A stretch of 64,000 nt of DNA from Mobula hypostoma. Lineage: Eukaryota. The notes below the pieces were generated by a model, which was given only the letters and a program-made list of their open reading frames with translations, had not been told where the DNA came from and ran no database searches. The DNA is taken from positions 19,718,001 to 19,782,000 of the forward strand of contig NC_086109.1 of NCBI RefSeq assembly GCF_963921235.1, in the 5' to 3' direction. Shown here piece by piece: positions 26,001 to 39,162 of this stretch (positions are counted from its first letter, which is position 1; each line of letters starts with the position of its first letter). The position numbers were made by a program, and so were the translations under genes.

Positions 26001-27427
26001 GCCAGAGAAAATTAAACCTGGGCTGAATCATAAGTATCAGCACTGTAGACACTGCAGAATGGATAGACACAAGAGATTTGACAGGTGCTGGAAATCCAGA
26101 GTAAAACACACAAGGAGCTGGAGGACCTCAGCAGGTCAATGGAAAGGAATAAAGGAAGGACGGAATAATAACTTTTACTCCTTTCCATAGATGCTGCCTG
26201 ACCTGCTGAGTTCCTCCAGCATTGTGTGTGTGTTACACAGGATTGATAGAAATGTCTCCGCTAATTGGAAAGCAATGCAATAAAAGGTGACTGAACGGGC
26301 TGGATGTTTGGGAAAGGTGCTGCCAGGCATGACCTAGGATGAAGCTCAAAGTCTTATTGTATTAATATTGCAATACAATTGCAGATTAACAAATAAAATA
26401 CCCCAGGATTTCTATGAGTGGGAGAAAAGTAAAAACTAGGTGTTTTGAAAACTACACTGAGCATGATAGATATTTCTTGGATTTATATTATATTTTATGC
26501 TACTGATATTCAACTTTTCATTGCTCCACATCCAGTCTGCAGCATTAACTTTATACGTACTAGCTATCTTTGAAACCATCAGGTCTCAAGTTCCCATTGG
26601 ATCACAGGAAGGATCTTCAACCCCTGTGTGCTTAAACTGACGGAATAGGTGGGATAGGCAAGAATTTGGACTGAGGGTCCCACCAAGAAATACCCCATGC
26701 CCAAACTGATGTAAAATTCTAGTATTGATCATGAGGGTGGAGTCATCCTCCTCATGTGTCCCAGATGAAAGAGATAAAGAGAGAGAAATGTAATTAAAGC
26801 AGTTGTTAAATGATGGTAAGATAGTGAGTGGATCGTTGTTGATTTGAGGGAAGAACATTGACCAGGACACCAACGGCTCCAGGATTCAGATTTACTTATC
26901 ACATGTACAATGAAGCATACAGTATTAACAGCCAATGTGTCAAGGATGTACTGGGGACGCCACACGTTCTGGTGCCAACATAGCGTGCCCGTAATGCTCA
27001 GCAGAACAACACAGAACATACGAAGCAATAACAGTGAAACAAGCCCTGTTTCTCTCTTCCCCCCACCCCAATTCACCCATCCACGCACATATGCGGTCCT
27101 CTAACCTCAGGCCAGGTCAACTTCGTTGGCCTCCAGCCTCCAGTGGACTTGTGGATTTGCAAACACTGCGTCCTGACCAGACCCACAGAGATCTGCAGAC
27201 TCAGTCATGTCGCAGTTTCAGCCCTTGGGCTTCAATCCAGACTTCTGTTCGACCTTGGGGCTTTGATCTGGATCTCTGAACAACCTTCGGGCTTCAATCT
27301 TGACCTATTCTTCTGTATAGTGGTGCTGTTTGTATGTATTAGTGTGACCTGACCAATAAAATATCTGACAACGCCACACTCACTTGATACTTGTGTAACT
27401 CTCGCTTCAGCTAGCAGCTTAATATAA

Positions 27428-28475
27428 GTCCATAAGACATAAGACAAAGGAGCAGAAGTCGGCCATTCCGCCCATCGAGTCTGCTCCGCCATTTTACCAT
27501 GAGCTGATCCATTCTCCCATTTAGCCCCACTCGCCTGCCCTCTCACCACAACCCTTGATGCCCCGGCCACTCAGATACCTATCAATCTCTGCCTTAAATA
27601 CACCCAATGACTTGGCCTCCACTGCTGCCCGTGGCAACAAATTCCATAGATTCGCCACCCTCTGGCTAAAAAAATTTCTTCACATCTCTGTTCTGAATGG
27701 GCGCCATTCAATCCTTAAGTCACCCCCTCTCGTACTAGACTCCCCCATCATGGGAAACAATTTTGCCACATCCACTCTGTCCATGCCTTTCAACATTCGA
27801 AATGTTTCTATGAGGTCGCCCCTCATTCTTCTAAACTCCAAGAAATACAGTCCAAGAGCGGACAAACATTGCTCATATGTTAACTCTCTCATTCCCGGAA
27901 TCATTCTCGTGAATCTTCTCTGAACCCTCTCCAATGTCAGCACAAATTTTCTTAAATAAGGAGCCCAAAACTGCCTACAGCACTCCAAGTGAGGTCTTAC
28001 CAGTGCATTATAGAGCCTCAACATCACATCCCTGCTCCTATACTCTATTCCTCTATAAATGAATGCCAACATTGCATTCGCCTTCTTCATCACCAACTCA
28101 ACCTGGAGGTTAACCTTAAGGGTATCCTGCACGAGGACTCCCAAGTCCCATTGCATCTCAGAACTTTGAATTCTCTCCCCATTTAAATAATAGTCTGCCT
28201 GTTTATTTCTTCTGCCAAAGTGCATAACTATACACTTTTCAACATTGTAATTCATTTGCCATTTCTTTGCCCATTCTCCCAATCTATCCAAGTCTCTCCG
28301 CAGACTCTCTGCTTCCTCAGCACTACCAGCCCCTCCACCTATCATTATATCATCATCAAACTCAGCCATAAAGCCATCTATTCCATAATCCAAATCGTTG
28401 ATGTACAATGTAAAAAGAAGCAGCCCTAACACGGATACCTGTGGAACACCACTGGTAACCGGCAACCAACCAGAG
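27428..28475 (-). mobile_element. CR1 LINE RT/3' end
   Basis: ORF 27680-28546: WLPVTSGVPQ.SVLG.LLF..YINDL...EFDDD...RPHLECCRQFWAPYL, with a (tcttatg) tail. Confidence 0.9.
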
Positions 28476-30850
28476 TATAAGGGGTGATAGCCCCTGGCCT
28501 GGCCAAACTTAAGAAATCTCATTTGGGTAGATGCTGCGCGATGCATCCCCTGTTACAAATCAGTACCCCAAAATAATAAACAATTATTTTGAAGGGGCTG
28601 AGGAGGGCAAGAAGGGGGCATAAGAAGGCTTTGGCAAGTAGGGTAAAGGAAAACTCCAAGGCATTCTTCAATTATGTGAAGAACAAAACGATGACAGGAG
28701 TGAAGGTAGAACCGATTAGAGATAATGATGGGAAGATGTACCTGGAGGCTATGGAAGTGAGCAAGGTCCTCAATGAAAACTTCTCTTCTGTATTCACCAA
28801 TGAGAGGGAACTTGATGATGGTGAGGACAATATGAGTATGGTTGATGTTCTGGAGCATGTTGATATTAAGGGAGAGGAGGTGTTGGAGTTGTTAAAATAC
28901 ATTAGGACGGATAATCCCCAGGGCCTGACGGAATATTCCCCAGGCTGCTCCACGAAGCAAGGGAAAAGATTGCTGAGCCTCTGGCTAGGATCCTTATGTC
29001 CTCGTTGTCCAAGGGAATGGTACCGGAGGATTGGAGAGAGACTAATGTTGTGCTCTTGTTCAAAAAAGGTAATAGGGATAGTCCAGGTAATTATAGACCA
29101 GTGAGCCTTACGTCTGTGGTGGGAAAGCTGTTGGAAAAGATTCTTAGAGATAGGATCTATGGGCATTTAGAGGATCATGGTCTGATCAGGGACAGTCAGC
29201 ATGGCTTTGTGAAGGGTAGATCATGTCTAACAAGCCTGATAGAGTTCTTTGAGATGTCTAGGCATATAGATGAGGGTAGTGTAGTGGATGTGATCTACAT
29301 GGATTTTAGTAAGGCATTTCACAAGGTTCCACACGGTAGGCTTATTCAGAAAGTCAGAACGCATGGGATCCAGGGAAGTTTGGCCAGGTGGATTCAGAAT
29401 TGGCTTGCCTGCAGAAAGCAGAGGGTCGTGGTGGAGGGAGTACATTCAGATTGGAGGGTTGTGACTAGTGGTGTCCCACAAGGATCGGTTCTGGGACCTC
29501 TACTTTCCGTGATTTTTATTAACGACCTGGTTGTGGGGGTAGAAGGGTGGGTTGGCAAGTCTGCAGATGACACAAAGATTGGTGGTGTTGTGAATAGTGT
29601 AGAGGATTGTCAAAGATTGCAGAGAGACATTGATAGGATGCAGAAGAGGGCTGAAGAGTGGCAGATGGAGTTCAACCCAGAGAAGTGTGAGGTGGTATAC
29701 TTTGGAAGGACAAACTCCAAGGCAGAGTACAAAGTAAGTGGCAGGATACTTGGAAGTGTGGAGGAGCAGAGGGATCTGGGGGTACATGTCCACAGATCCC
29801 TGAAAGTTGCCTCACAGGTAGATAGGGTAGTTAAGAAAGCTTACGAAGTGTGAGCTTTCATATGTCGAGGGATAGAGTTTAAGAGTCGCGATGTAATGAT
29901 GCAGCTCTATAAAACTCTGGTTAGGCCACACTTGGAGTACTGTGTCCAGTTCTGGTTGCCTCACTATAGGAAGGATGTGGAAGCTTTGGAAAGGGTACAG
30001 AGGAGATTTACCAGGATGCTGCCTGGTTTAGAGAGTATGCATTATGATCAGAGATTAAGGGAGCTAGGGCTTTACTCTTTGGAGAGAAGGAGGATGAGAG
30101 GAGACATGATAGAGGTGTACAAGATATTAAGAGGAATAGATAGAGTGGACAGCAAGTGCCTCTTCCCCAGGGCACCACTGCTCAATACAAGAGGACATGG
30201 CTTTAAGGTAAGGGGTGGGAAGTTCAAGGGGGATATTAGAGGAAAGTTTTTTACTCAGAGAGTGATTGGTGCGTGGAATGCACTGCCTGAGTCAGTGGTG
30301 GAGGTAGATACACTAGTGAAGTTTAAGAGACTACTAGACAGGTATATGGAGGAATTTAAGGTGGGGGGGTTATATGGGAGGCAGGATTTAAGGGTCGGCA
30401 CAACATTGTGGGCTGAAGGGCCTGTACTGTGCTGTAGTGTTCTATGTTCTATGTTCTAGTACACAATATGGGATTAAACGATTGAGCTTTATAATTCTTA
30501 ATTTGACTATATGGTTAGTAAAGAAAACAAAAAAAAGATAAAGGGCCCATTCTCATGAAATTGCCTAATGTGCAACGTTGGAGCTCACGTCCACTATTGA
30601 CCTCCTCAGACCCTTGCTCCAAGTTACTCTGTCTGGCGGTCTACTAACTTTCTCTATTCTCGTCTTCTCTCCTCATCTCTCCCTGGCAAAAGACCGCGAA
30701 AATCTTTCTCCCAGACTCACAAGAAAGAACAATATTTCTCTCATTGATTAGCCCCCGCATTCCAAAGCGCCGTTATCTCTAGTCGTAACCCAAACATTGC
30801 TGCTACACAGAAACCATTACATTAGCAGTGAAACCTTACAGCATGTTACA
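28476..30850 (-). mobile_element. Probable solo LTR split by a CR1 insertion (LTR parts ~28476-28590 and ~30459-30850)
   Basis: Termini t(a)taagggg...tgttaca (TG..CA-like inverted ends). Non-coding sequence flanks both sides of the CR1. No TSD found. Confidence 0.45.
28592..30458 (+). mobile_element. 5'-truncated CR1 LINE ORF2 (RT domain), pseudogenised
   Basis: NYRPVSLTSVVGKLLE, QHGF, YMDFSKAF, SGVPQGSVLGP, SADD (FADD mutated). In-frame TGA at 29851, a frameshift near 28920, and a (ttctatg)n tail. Confidence 0.92.
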
Positions 30851-32770
30851 CTTGAAGATGACAGGTTCAGATGTCTGGAGTGGGTTTCTAATTCATCATC
30901 CGACTCCGGGAACCCCCTAAGTTCAAAGTTCAAAGCAAATTTATTATCAAAATGCATATATGTCATCACATACAAACCTGAGGTTCATTTTCCCTAACCA
31001 GAAAATTGAATTATCTCTAGTCCAGGAAGAGCCTTCATGTTCCTATATGACTTAATTGTGATTGGTGGAGATATTGCTCAAAACTCCTCCTTTGACCTTA
31101 CCAATCCTAACCTATCCTCTCCAAATGGTGCTGCTTATTCCTTCAGCTCCCTGGACCCAGGAAATCTGTAGCACTTCACTCGAGTGCTTGTTCTTTATCT
31201 TCAAGTCTAGGAAGAGTCAAATCTTTTGCAGTTGTGCAATAGTGGACCAGTGGGTTAGCATAGTAACCTTGTCTTATTCTTTCCTATCTTGACCAGCAAA
31301 CATTGAGGGTGGTAAGTATATTTAATCTTGGCTTAACATTCAGATTCAGATTTATTTATCACAAGTGCAGAGAAACTTACTGTGTGAAAGGCGTTGTTTG
31401 TGTTAGCAACCAGCTAACAAACAACCTTGTGATATGCTGGGAGCAGCCCGCAAGTGTCACTACACATTCCGGCTCCGGCATAGCATGCCCACAATGCTCG
31501 GCAGAGCCACACAGAACAGGACACAACAAGCAACAAAGCGACAAAGCAACAACAGCAAAAAGCAAGCCCCTTGCCTCCCTCCCATCCACACACACAGGGA
31601 CAGTCCTCCAACTCCAAGACAGGCCTCCATCACCTCAGTCTCCAGGCTTCAGCCATTAGGCTTCAACTTGCGATCAGCCTTTGGGCTCTGATCTTTGGTA
31701 TCGACCGAAGATAGATGTGTGGCTTAAGTCAACAACTCTGCCAGGCAAAGGACAGAACCCACTTTTATTACGTTTTAATCCAAAAGCAAGATGCATTCAA
31801 TAGTAGAAAACAAGAGTTGGAGGAAATATTCAGCAGGCTGATGCTGCCTGACCTGCTAAGTATTTTCAGCACCTTGCTATCTTTCATCACTAGACTGAGC
31901 TATTTGTGGATTTGCTCCCTTCTGTTTCAGTTAGATCTCATTCAAGGATGAGATAAAGAGACAGATGACACAAAATGGATCAATATTTGCCTTTTGCATC
32001 TCTCTTCAAACAAAATGTCTGGTGAGTCTGTGAGAAGACACAAGCAAACTAACTGTTGCAATGCGTTCTGCATCTATTTCCCATTGAGACAAAAATCATA
32101 GTTTAGCTATAAACATTGATTGCTCATTTCCATCCGTAGCTGCTGCCTGGCCTGAAGAGTTCCTCCCAGCAGTTTGTTTTTTTTCTTTTTGCTCAGGTTC
32201 CCAAGCATCTGCGGTCTCTTGTGTCTCGAGTTGTCAATAATTGGAAATTGCAGTCACACAGGACACAGGATGGCTAATGCTGGATTTGTCAAGGTGAATC
32301 TCTCTTTCCTGGGGCTGATTTGAGGCACAAGGTTGAGGCGAAGTACCAGGAACTTCAAAATAGAAAAAAATGAGAGACTGCAGGTACTGGAAATTTGAAT
32401 TAACAGAGGAGCTAGAGGAACACAGTGAAAAAGGCAGCATCTGTGGAGAGAATCTATGTTTTGGGTCAAGACCCTTATCAGTACTATATAATAGACTTGC
32501 TCTGTACACAAGGTCTCCTCAATGAATGTGCTTAAGATGATGATACCAGGTTCTCATAGCAGAGAAAAATCCGCACTCTCTGACTTGACAATTCTACTCA
32601 GAAAATAGAAGTTTCAAAGAAATGATTAAGTCTGATGGCACATCCGTCAGATACTGTATCTGTCTACTGACAGGGAAAGCTTACCAAAATGGCCTGTAAA
32701 TTGCAAGTATTCACAAATACAAAAAGGCAGTAATACCCGCTCATCACGTAATGGATAAGGTTTCACAAAT

Positions 32771-32996
32771 CACAAACACGCGAAAATCTGCAGATGCTGA
32801 AAACCCAAAGCAACGCACACAAAATGCTGGAGGAACTCAGCAGGCCAGGCAACATCAGTGGAAATGAGTAAACAGTCAATGTTTCGAGCCTGGACCTGAA
32901 GAAGGGACTCAGTCCAAAACGTCGACCGGGGTGTTTACTCCTTTCCATAGATGCTGCCTGGCCTGCTGAGTTCCTCCAACATTTTGTGTGTGTTAC
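32771..32996. mobile_element. Fold-back (inverted dimer) Penelope terminal-repeat element
   Basis: Arms ~32812-32875 and ~32931-32994 are reverse complements. Imperfect TSD taag(g/tt)tttcacaaat. Hammerhead remnant in the spacer. Confidence 0.75.
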
Positions 32997-34103
32997 TAAG
33001 TTTTTCACAAATACACTGTTTCACAAATTCTATTTGGAGCTGAGAAGAGGTGACTTGTTAGAGATGCAAAAGATGATAAGAAACATGTAGTGGATAGAGT
33101 GGACAGCCAGTGCCCTTTTTCCAGGGTGGAATGAGCAGGCATAATTTTAAGGTGATTGGAGGAAAGTATAGAGGGGATCTCAGAGATAGACTTTTTAGAC
33201 ATGGAATGCACTGCCAGGAGAGATGGAGCTAGATACGTCAGGGACATTTAAGAGACTCTTTGAAAGATACATGGATAAAAGAAACATTTTGGGCTATGCG
33301 GCAAGGGAAGATTAAGTTGACCTTGGATTAGATCCAAATGTCAGCACAACATTATGGGCCAAAGATCCTGTATTGAAGTGAACTGTTCTCTGTTCTATGT
33401 TCTAAAGTGAATAAGGTTAACTAAACACCCATAAAGGATGAAGTTACCAAATCAACCATGAAAACTGAGATTTAGAATAATCAATCAGGACAATTCCTCA
33501 AACCCAGGTCAGGAATTAGATGTTACTTCCAGGATTATTTAGTCCAGGGCTACTGGACCAACTTTCCTCATCATGAGGTCCAATGAAGAGTGACCCCCCA
33601 CCCCCATCACCACTGCCCCATTCTCAAGTTATCTTCAGTTGCAAATCCATTGAGTCTGAGTTAAAAGTAGAACGGGAGCTCCTGATACCGTGTGACACCA
33701 CACTTCACCTGTGTGACTGATGGGAAAAATCATTTCAACAGAAGTTTAATTTGGTACATTTTTTTTAGACATGATGTCAACTGTGCGCTGTGTAAACATT
33801 AATTAAATTGTAAAAGGGATCAAAGCAGAGGGAAAGTATTACTGGCTGATCAGTATTCAACAGCTGTAAGTGTTTAGGGATGAGCAGAGCCAGCAGATGG
33901 TGGTTTATCTATCGTAGCTCTCACCAGTGAGAACTCACAGCCAATCTATAGAACTCCATCATTCTCTGTGCACAGAGGCAGGAAAACATAAAAATAACAC
34001 ATTTTGGAGGGGAAAAAATTGAAAAAGGGGAAGAGAATGGGAAAAGGAACATGTCATTATCCTGCAGAAAACAGTATTTTGGGCTGCAAAAGAACAATAT
34101 ACA

Positions 34104-34567
34104 CACAGTGACCACTTTATTATGTACCTCCTGTACCTAATAAAGTGGTCATTAAGTGTACATTCATGCTCTTCTGCTGCTGTAGCCCATCCACTTCAAG
34201 GTTCAATGTGTTGTACATTCAAACATGCTTTTCTGCACACAACTGTTGCAAAGCATGATTATCTGAGTTACTATCACTTCCCTGTCAGCTTGAAGCAGTC
34301 TGGCCATTCACATCTGACTTGTCTCATTCGCAAGGCGTTTTCACCCACAGAACTGCCACTCATAGATTTTTTTTGTCTTGTTTTTGACAGTATTTTCTGT
34401 AAATTCTAGGCAATTGTGCATGAAAGTTCCTGGCGGCCAAGTTTCTTAAATACTTAAACCAGCCCATCTGGCACCAACAATAATTCCATGGTCAAAGTCA
34501 CTTAGATCACATTTCTTCCCCATTCTGATGCTTGGTCTGAACAACAACTGAACTTCTCGACCATGTC
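34104..34567 (-). mobile_element. Truncated Tc1-derived element (same family as 851-2012)
   Basis: Left TIR cagtgaccactttatt and the shared internal block ggtcaaagtcacttagatcacatttcttccccattctgatg. Confidence 0.8.
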
Positions 34568-34854
34568 ACTGCACAAGGTTTAAAAAGGTCTCCGGACCCT
34601 TTGGAACTTTTCAGCAGGCTGCAATCATCGTGAGAAGTCATTTGTTGGTGAGGCTGTGTGAGATTTAGAAAGAGCCTGAGGCCTTTCGGAACATTTCGAG
34701 GGTGGGGGCAAATCTTTTAGACACTCGGGAGGGGTGAATAAAAGGAATCAAAGTATAAATAGATCGACCATTGTGCGAGTGGGCCAGTGTTGAATGGTCA
34801 GGCTTTAGCTCAGCAGGCTTGAGTGAATTTAAGCTTGAGAAGTCAGAGGTAGCA

Positions 34855-36410
34855 GGATGGTAATTCAGGCAGTTGAATCCTCCACCTGAGAGATCTGGGA
34901 TTTCAGGGTACCTAACACGATGGCTACATCTACAGGAAGTGTACCCAACTTCAGCTCCTGACTGACAAAGTCAAAGAACTGGAGCTGGAGCTGAATGTAC
35001 ACAGGGCCATCTGAGGGACTGAAAACCTCATAGATGAGACTTTTAATGAGGTGGTCCCACCCAGAGTTCAGGCTTCAGATGGTACATTGGTGACCACCCC
35101 CTGCCCCCCAGGAGAAGTGAGGAGAGTAAGCAGTCAGTGCAGGTTTCCTCATGGCCATTCCCCTCAGCAACAAGTGTACCCCTTTGGACACTACTGGGGG
35201 GAATGACCTATCAGGGCACAACAGCAGCAGCAGCCAGGCCTTCACTCGGCAGGGAAGGGTAAAGTCAGGAAGAATGTTGATGATAGGAGACTCAGTAGTT
35301 AGGGAGACAGACAATAGATCCTGTAGCCATGAAACAAAAGCCAGAATTGCCTCCCAGGTTCGAAGGTCCAGGATATCTCAGAGCAGCTGCAGAAGTTTCG
35401 CAAGAGGGAGGGTGAGCAACCAGAGGATGTGGCACATCAATGACATAGAAAGAGGGAAGAGGTCCTGCACAGTGAGTATAGGGAGATAAAGAAGAATCCC
35501 CCGAAAAGCAGGACCTCCAAGGTGGAAATCTCTGGATTATCCCCAGTAATACATGACAATATGGGCAGAAATAAAATGATAGTGCAGATGAATGAGTAAC
35601 TGAGGAACTGGTGCAGGGGACAGGGTTTCAGGTTTCTGGTTCATTGGAATCTCTTCTGGGGAAGGTATGACCTGTACAAAAAGGATAGGTTACACCTGAA
35701 CCCAAGGGGGTGGGGCCAATAATCTTGTGGGCAGGTTCGCAAAGCTGTTTGGAAGAGTTTAAACGCATTTGGCAGGGGAGTGGAAACCAGAGCAACAGAG
35801 CTGAGATGGGGCAATTGGTAGACAAATAGATGCAGTGTGCAGTGAGACCGTGATGAAGGACAGGCAGATAATAGGGCAAAATTGCAGTCAGCGGGATGAG
35901 CTGAAGTGTAACATGAGGGAAAAATCGAACAAGGTTGATGAATATAGGCGAGCAGGTGTTACATTTGAATGCACATAGTATATGGAATAACGTAGATGAT
36001 CTTGTAGCACAGTTAGAGATTGGCAGGTATGATGTTGTGGGCATCACAGAGTCGTGGCTGAAAGATTATTGTAGTTGGGAGTCTAATATCCAAGGATGTA
36101 CCTTGTATTGAAATGACAGGCAGGTAGGCAGAGAGGGTGGTGTGGCTCTGTTGGTATAAAAGGAAATCAACTCTTTAAAATGAGTTGATGTAGGATCGGA
36201 AAATGTAGCATCCTTGTGAGTAGAGCTAAGAAACTGCAAAGGTAAAAAGATCCTGATGGGAGTTCTATATTATTCCCCAAACAGTAGCCGGAATGTGGGA
36301 TGTAAATTACAAATGGAGATAGAAAAGGCATGTTAATAAGGGTAATGTTACAATAATCATGGGGTGTTCCAACAGGAAGGTAGATTGGGAAAAGCAAGTT
36401 GGTGCTGAAT
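34855..36410 (+). mobile_element. 5' half of a CR1 LINE: ORF1 (zinc finger/leucine zipper plus esterase) and start of the ORF2 APE endonuclease, decayed
   Basis: KC.QLQLLTDKVKELELEL, IGDSVVR and DRLHLN (SGNH esterase), then LNAHSI...YDVVGITESWL (APE). Confidence 0.8.
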
Positions 36411-36933
36411 CCCCCATCTTAAATATTGCATCCACCGACCCTGTCAAAGGTTTGATATGGGGCTGACCCTGAATAATATAGAATTGGGTGAGGAAAAGGG
36501 TAATATCATCAAGGATCACTACTTCACGTGGTCAGTACAGGGAAGGCAGCTCTGACATAGAAACAGATTGCTCCAGCAACAATGCAGTTTAGCAAGAATG
36601 TGAAAGAGATAACAATGAATCAGATGCAAACATTCCCTGAGTGAGTGATGTGTCTAGTTTGTCTCTCTTAAGAATAATAGCAGTAAAAATTGCAGTGCGA
36701 GCCCATGTTATTATTATATACCAATTCAAAGCCACAGTAGAGACAGGCAGCTGATAATAACTGGAGTACTGGCAAAAAATAGAATACTGGATTTGTAGCA
36801 ACATCATCAGAGGCTCTTTGGTCCACCAAGTCTATTTTAGCTCCTTGTAAACCAATCTGTCAATCCGATTCCCAGCAATGTCCTCATATTACCTTTGGTC
36901 AAGTGCCTTTTTAAAGCATAATAGACTAATGCT

Positions 36934-37907
36934 AACAACAGGAATTCTGCAGATGCTGGAAATTCAAGCAACATACATCAAAGTTGCTGGTGAACGCAGC
37001 AGGCCAGGCAGCATCTGTAGGAAGAGGCGCAGTCGACGTTTCAGGCCGAGACCCTTCGTCAGGACTAACTGAAGGAAGAGTGAGTAAGGGATTTGAAAGC
37101 TGGAGGGGGAGGGGGAGATGCAAAATGATAGGAGAAGGCAGGAGGGGGAGGGATAGAGCCGAGAGCTGGACAGGTGATAGGCAAAAGGGGATACGAGAGG
37201 ATCATGGGACAGGAGGTCCGGGAAGAAAGACAAGGGGGGGGTGACCCAGAGGATGGGCAAGAGGTATATTCAGAGGGACAGAGGGAGAAAAAGGAGAGTG
37301 AGAGAAAGAATGTGTGCAAAAAAATGAGTAACAGATGGGGTACGAGGGGGAGGTGGGGCATTAGCAGAAGTTAGAGAAGTCGATGTTCATGCCATCAGGT
37401 TGGAGGCTACCCAGACGGAATATAAGGTGTTGTTCCTCCAACCTGAGTGTGGCTTCATCTTTACAGTAGAGGAGGCCGTGGATAGACGTGTCAGAATGGG
37501 AATGGGATGTGGAATTAAAATGTGTGGCCACTGGGAGATCCTGCTTTCTCTGGTGGACAGAGCGTAGATGTTCAGCAAAGCGGTTTCCCAGTCTGCGTCG
37601 GGTCTCACCAATATATAAAAGGCCATATCGGGAGCACCGGACGCAGTATATCACCCCAGTCGACTCACAGGTGAAGTGATGCCTCACCTGGAAGGACTGT
37701 TTGGGGCCCTGAATGGTGGTAAGGGAGGAAGTGTAAGGGCATGTGTAGCACTTGTTCCGCTTACACGGATAAGTGCCAGGAGGGAGATCAGTGGGGAGGG
37801 ATGGGGGGGACGAATGGACAAGGGAGTTGTGTAGGGAGCGATCCCTGCGGAATGCAGAGAGAGGGGGGGAGGGAAAGATGTGCTTAGTGGTGGGATCCCG
37901 TTGGAGG
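36934..37907 (-). mobile_element. 5'-truncated Penelope-like element: GIY-YIG endonuclease plus 3' terminal repeat
   Basis: ORF 37361-37981: PCKRNKCYTC...GVIYCVRC...LLYIGETRRRL..RFAEH...VATHF...EQHLI..L....PDGMN. 12-bp TSD tagactaatgct (36922-36933 / 37908-37919). Confidence 0.92.
37031..37066 (-). ncRNA. Minimal type I hammerhead ribozyme motif
   Basis: AGUC-CUGACGA-A-GGGU(CUCG)GCCU-GAAA-CGUC-GACU: intact core, stem I AGUC/GACU, GUC cleavage triplet. Confidence 0.8.
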
Positions 37908-39162
37908 TAGACTAATGCTGATCTTCGTCTATTGTTAAAGGCATGGGTCAATTCGGTCAAGATCATACTGAATAGTGGCACAGGCTTGAAGGGTCAGGTG
38001 ACTTACTTCTACCCTCCCTGGCCTTCTTACCTTCTTCTGTTGACTGTTTCACTATCCTCATGGACAATGAGTTCCAGATCAAACCATTCACTTCATAGGA
38101 GTTTGCCCTCATAATCCCTCGTGACCGCTTTGAATCAGTATCCCCTGGTCCTCAACCTATCCATTAATGACAACATGTCCTCTCTGTTTACCCGGCCTAA
38201 ACCATAGTATGATCTTGTAAACCTCCAACAAATCTCTTCTCCATTGTTTTTGTTCTTAGCAGAACAGCCCCAGCTCTTCCGACTGCATTTCTTCATCCCA
38301 GGAACTTTTCTTCTGAAGAAGCCTCTAATGGCCTCATGATAATCCAGAGTGCTTTACAGCCGCTCAAGAGGAAGTCTGGCCATCATCGTAGGATTGGAAA
38401 TCTATCTGTGCACAGCAAGATCCCACAAACAACTGTGAGGAAAATAACCTGATAATAGGCAGATCGCACTGACAGCTAGCCAGAAGTTCCATTGTGATCG
38501 ATATGTGTGTCGGTAGGTTCTGGAATCACACGTATGGACTCCGCAATGTGGGAAGACAGAACATGTTAGATATCAAATGTAGATGCACGTGTCTCTTGCC
38601 TCTGAGTCCAGGGGCATTCTGAATGAAGGGGCTTCCAGCTTCAAGTGAGCACTAAGATAATTCGTGAGGGTCATTTATTTTCTTTTATTTTGTAGTAATA
38701 AAGAAGAATGTTTCTAATTAATTCTCATGAGCTAGATAATTAATTATATTTTAATGTATCACTAATAATTTTATGTACTGAATTATTTACATGTTGTTCA
38801 ACAGTTTTTGGACACCATTGATCATCAGAGGCATTTGGAAACATTAGGAAAGGTCTTTGATAGTGTAAACAGTTAGGACATCAGAGCGACCCCCATGGTC
38901 TTAGACTTTGCCAGCTGCAGCCCAGATACTACCCAGGGATCACTCTGTCTCACAGAACAGGGAACGCAGCGAGACCCACAGTAGACCCCATAGAGCCACA
39001 AAACGTCCACTGTGCATGGGGGCAAGTCTAAACCACAGATCAGGTTCAGCTTACTGTGACTTTTAAATATCAATGGAGAAATTGTTATTTGATATTGAAC
39101 TCCCCTTTGTTTCTTTCAAATACCTCCTGCGAATCTCTCCTATAGTGCTACACCTATTATTA

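Noticed and set aside
27680..28546. 288-aa ORF as a host or domesticated gene
   Set aside because: It is a CR1 RT fragment with a damaged catalytic motif, fused by chance to unrelated upstream sequence.
37361..37981. 206-aa ORF as a complete nuclease gene
   Set aside because: The N-terminal ~25 codons lie outside the element boundary at the TSD. It is a 5'-truncated Penelope ORF.
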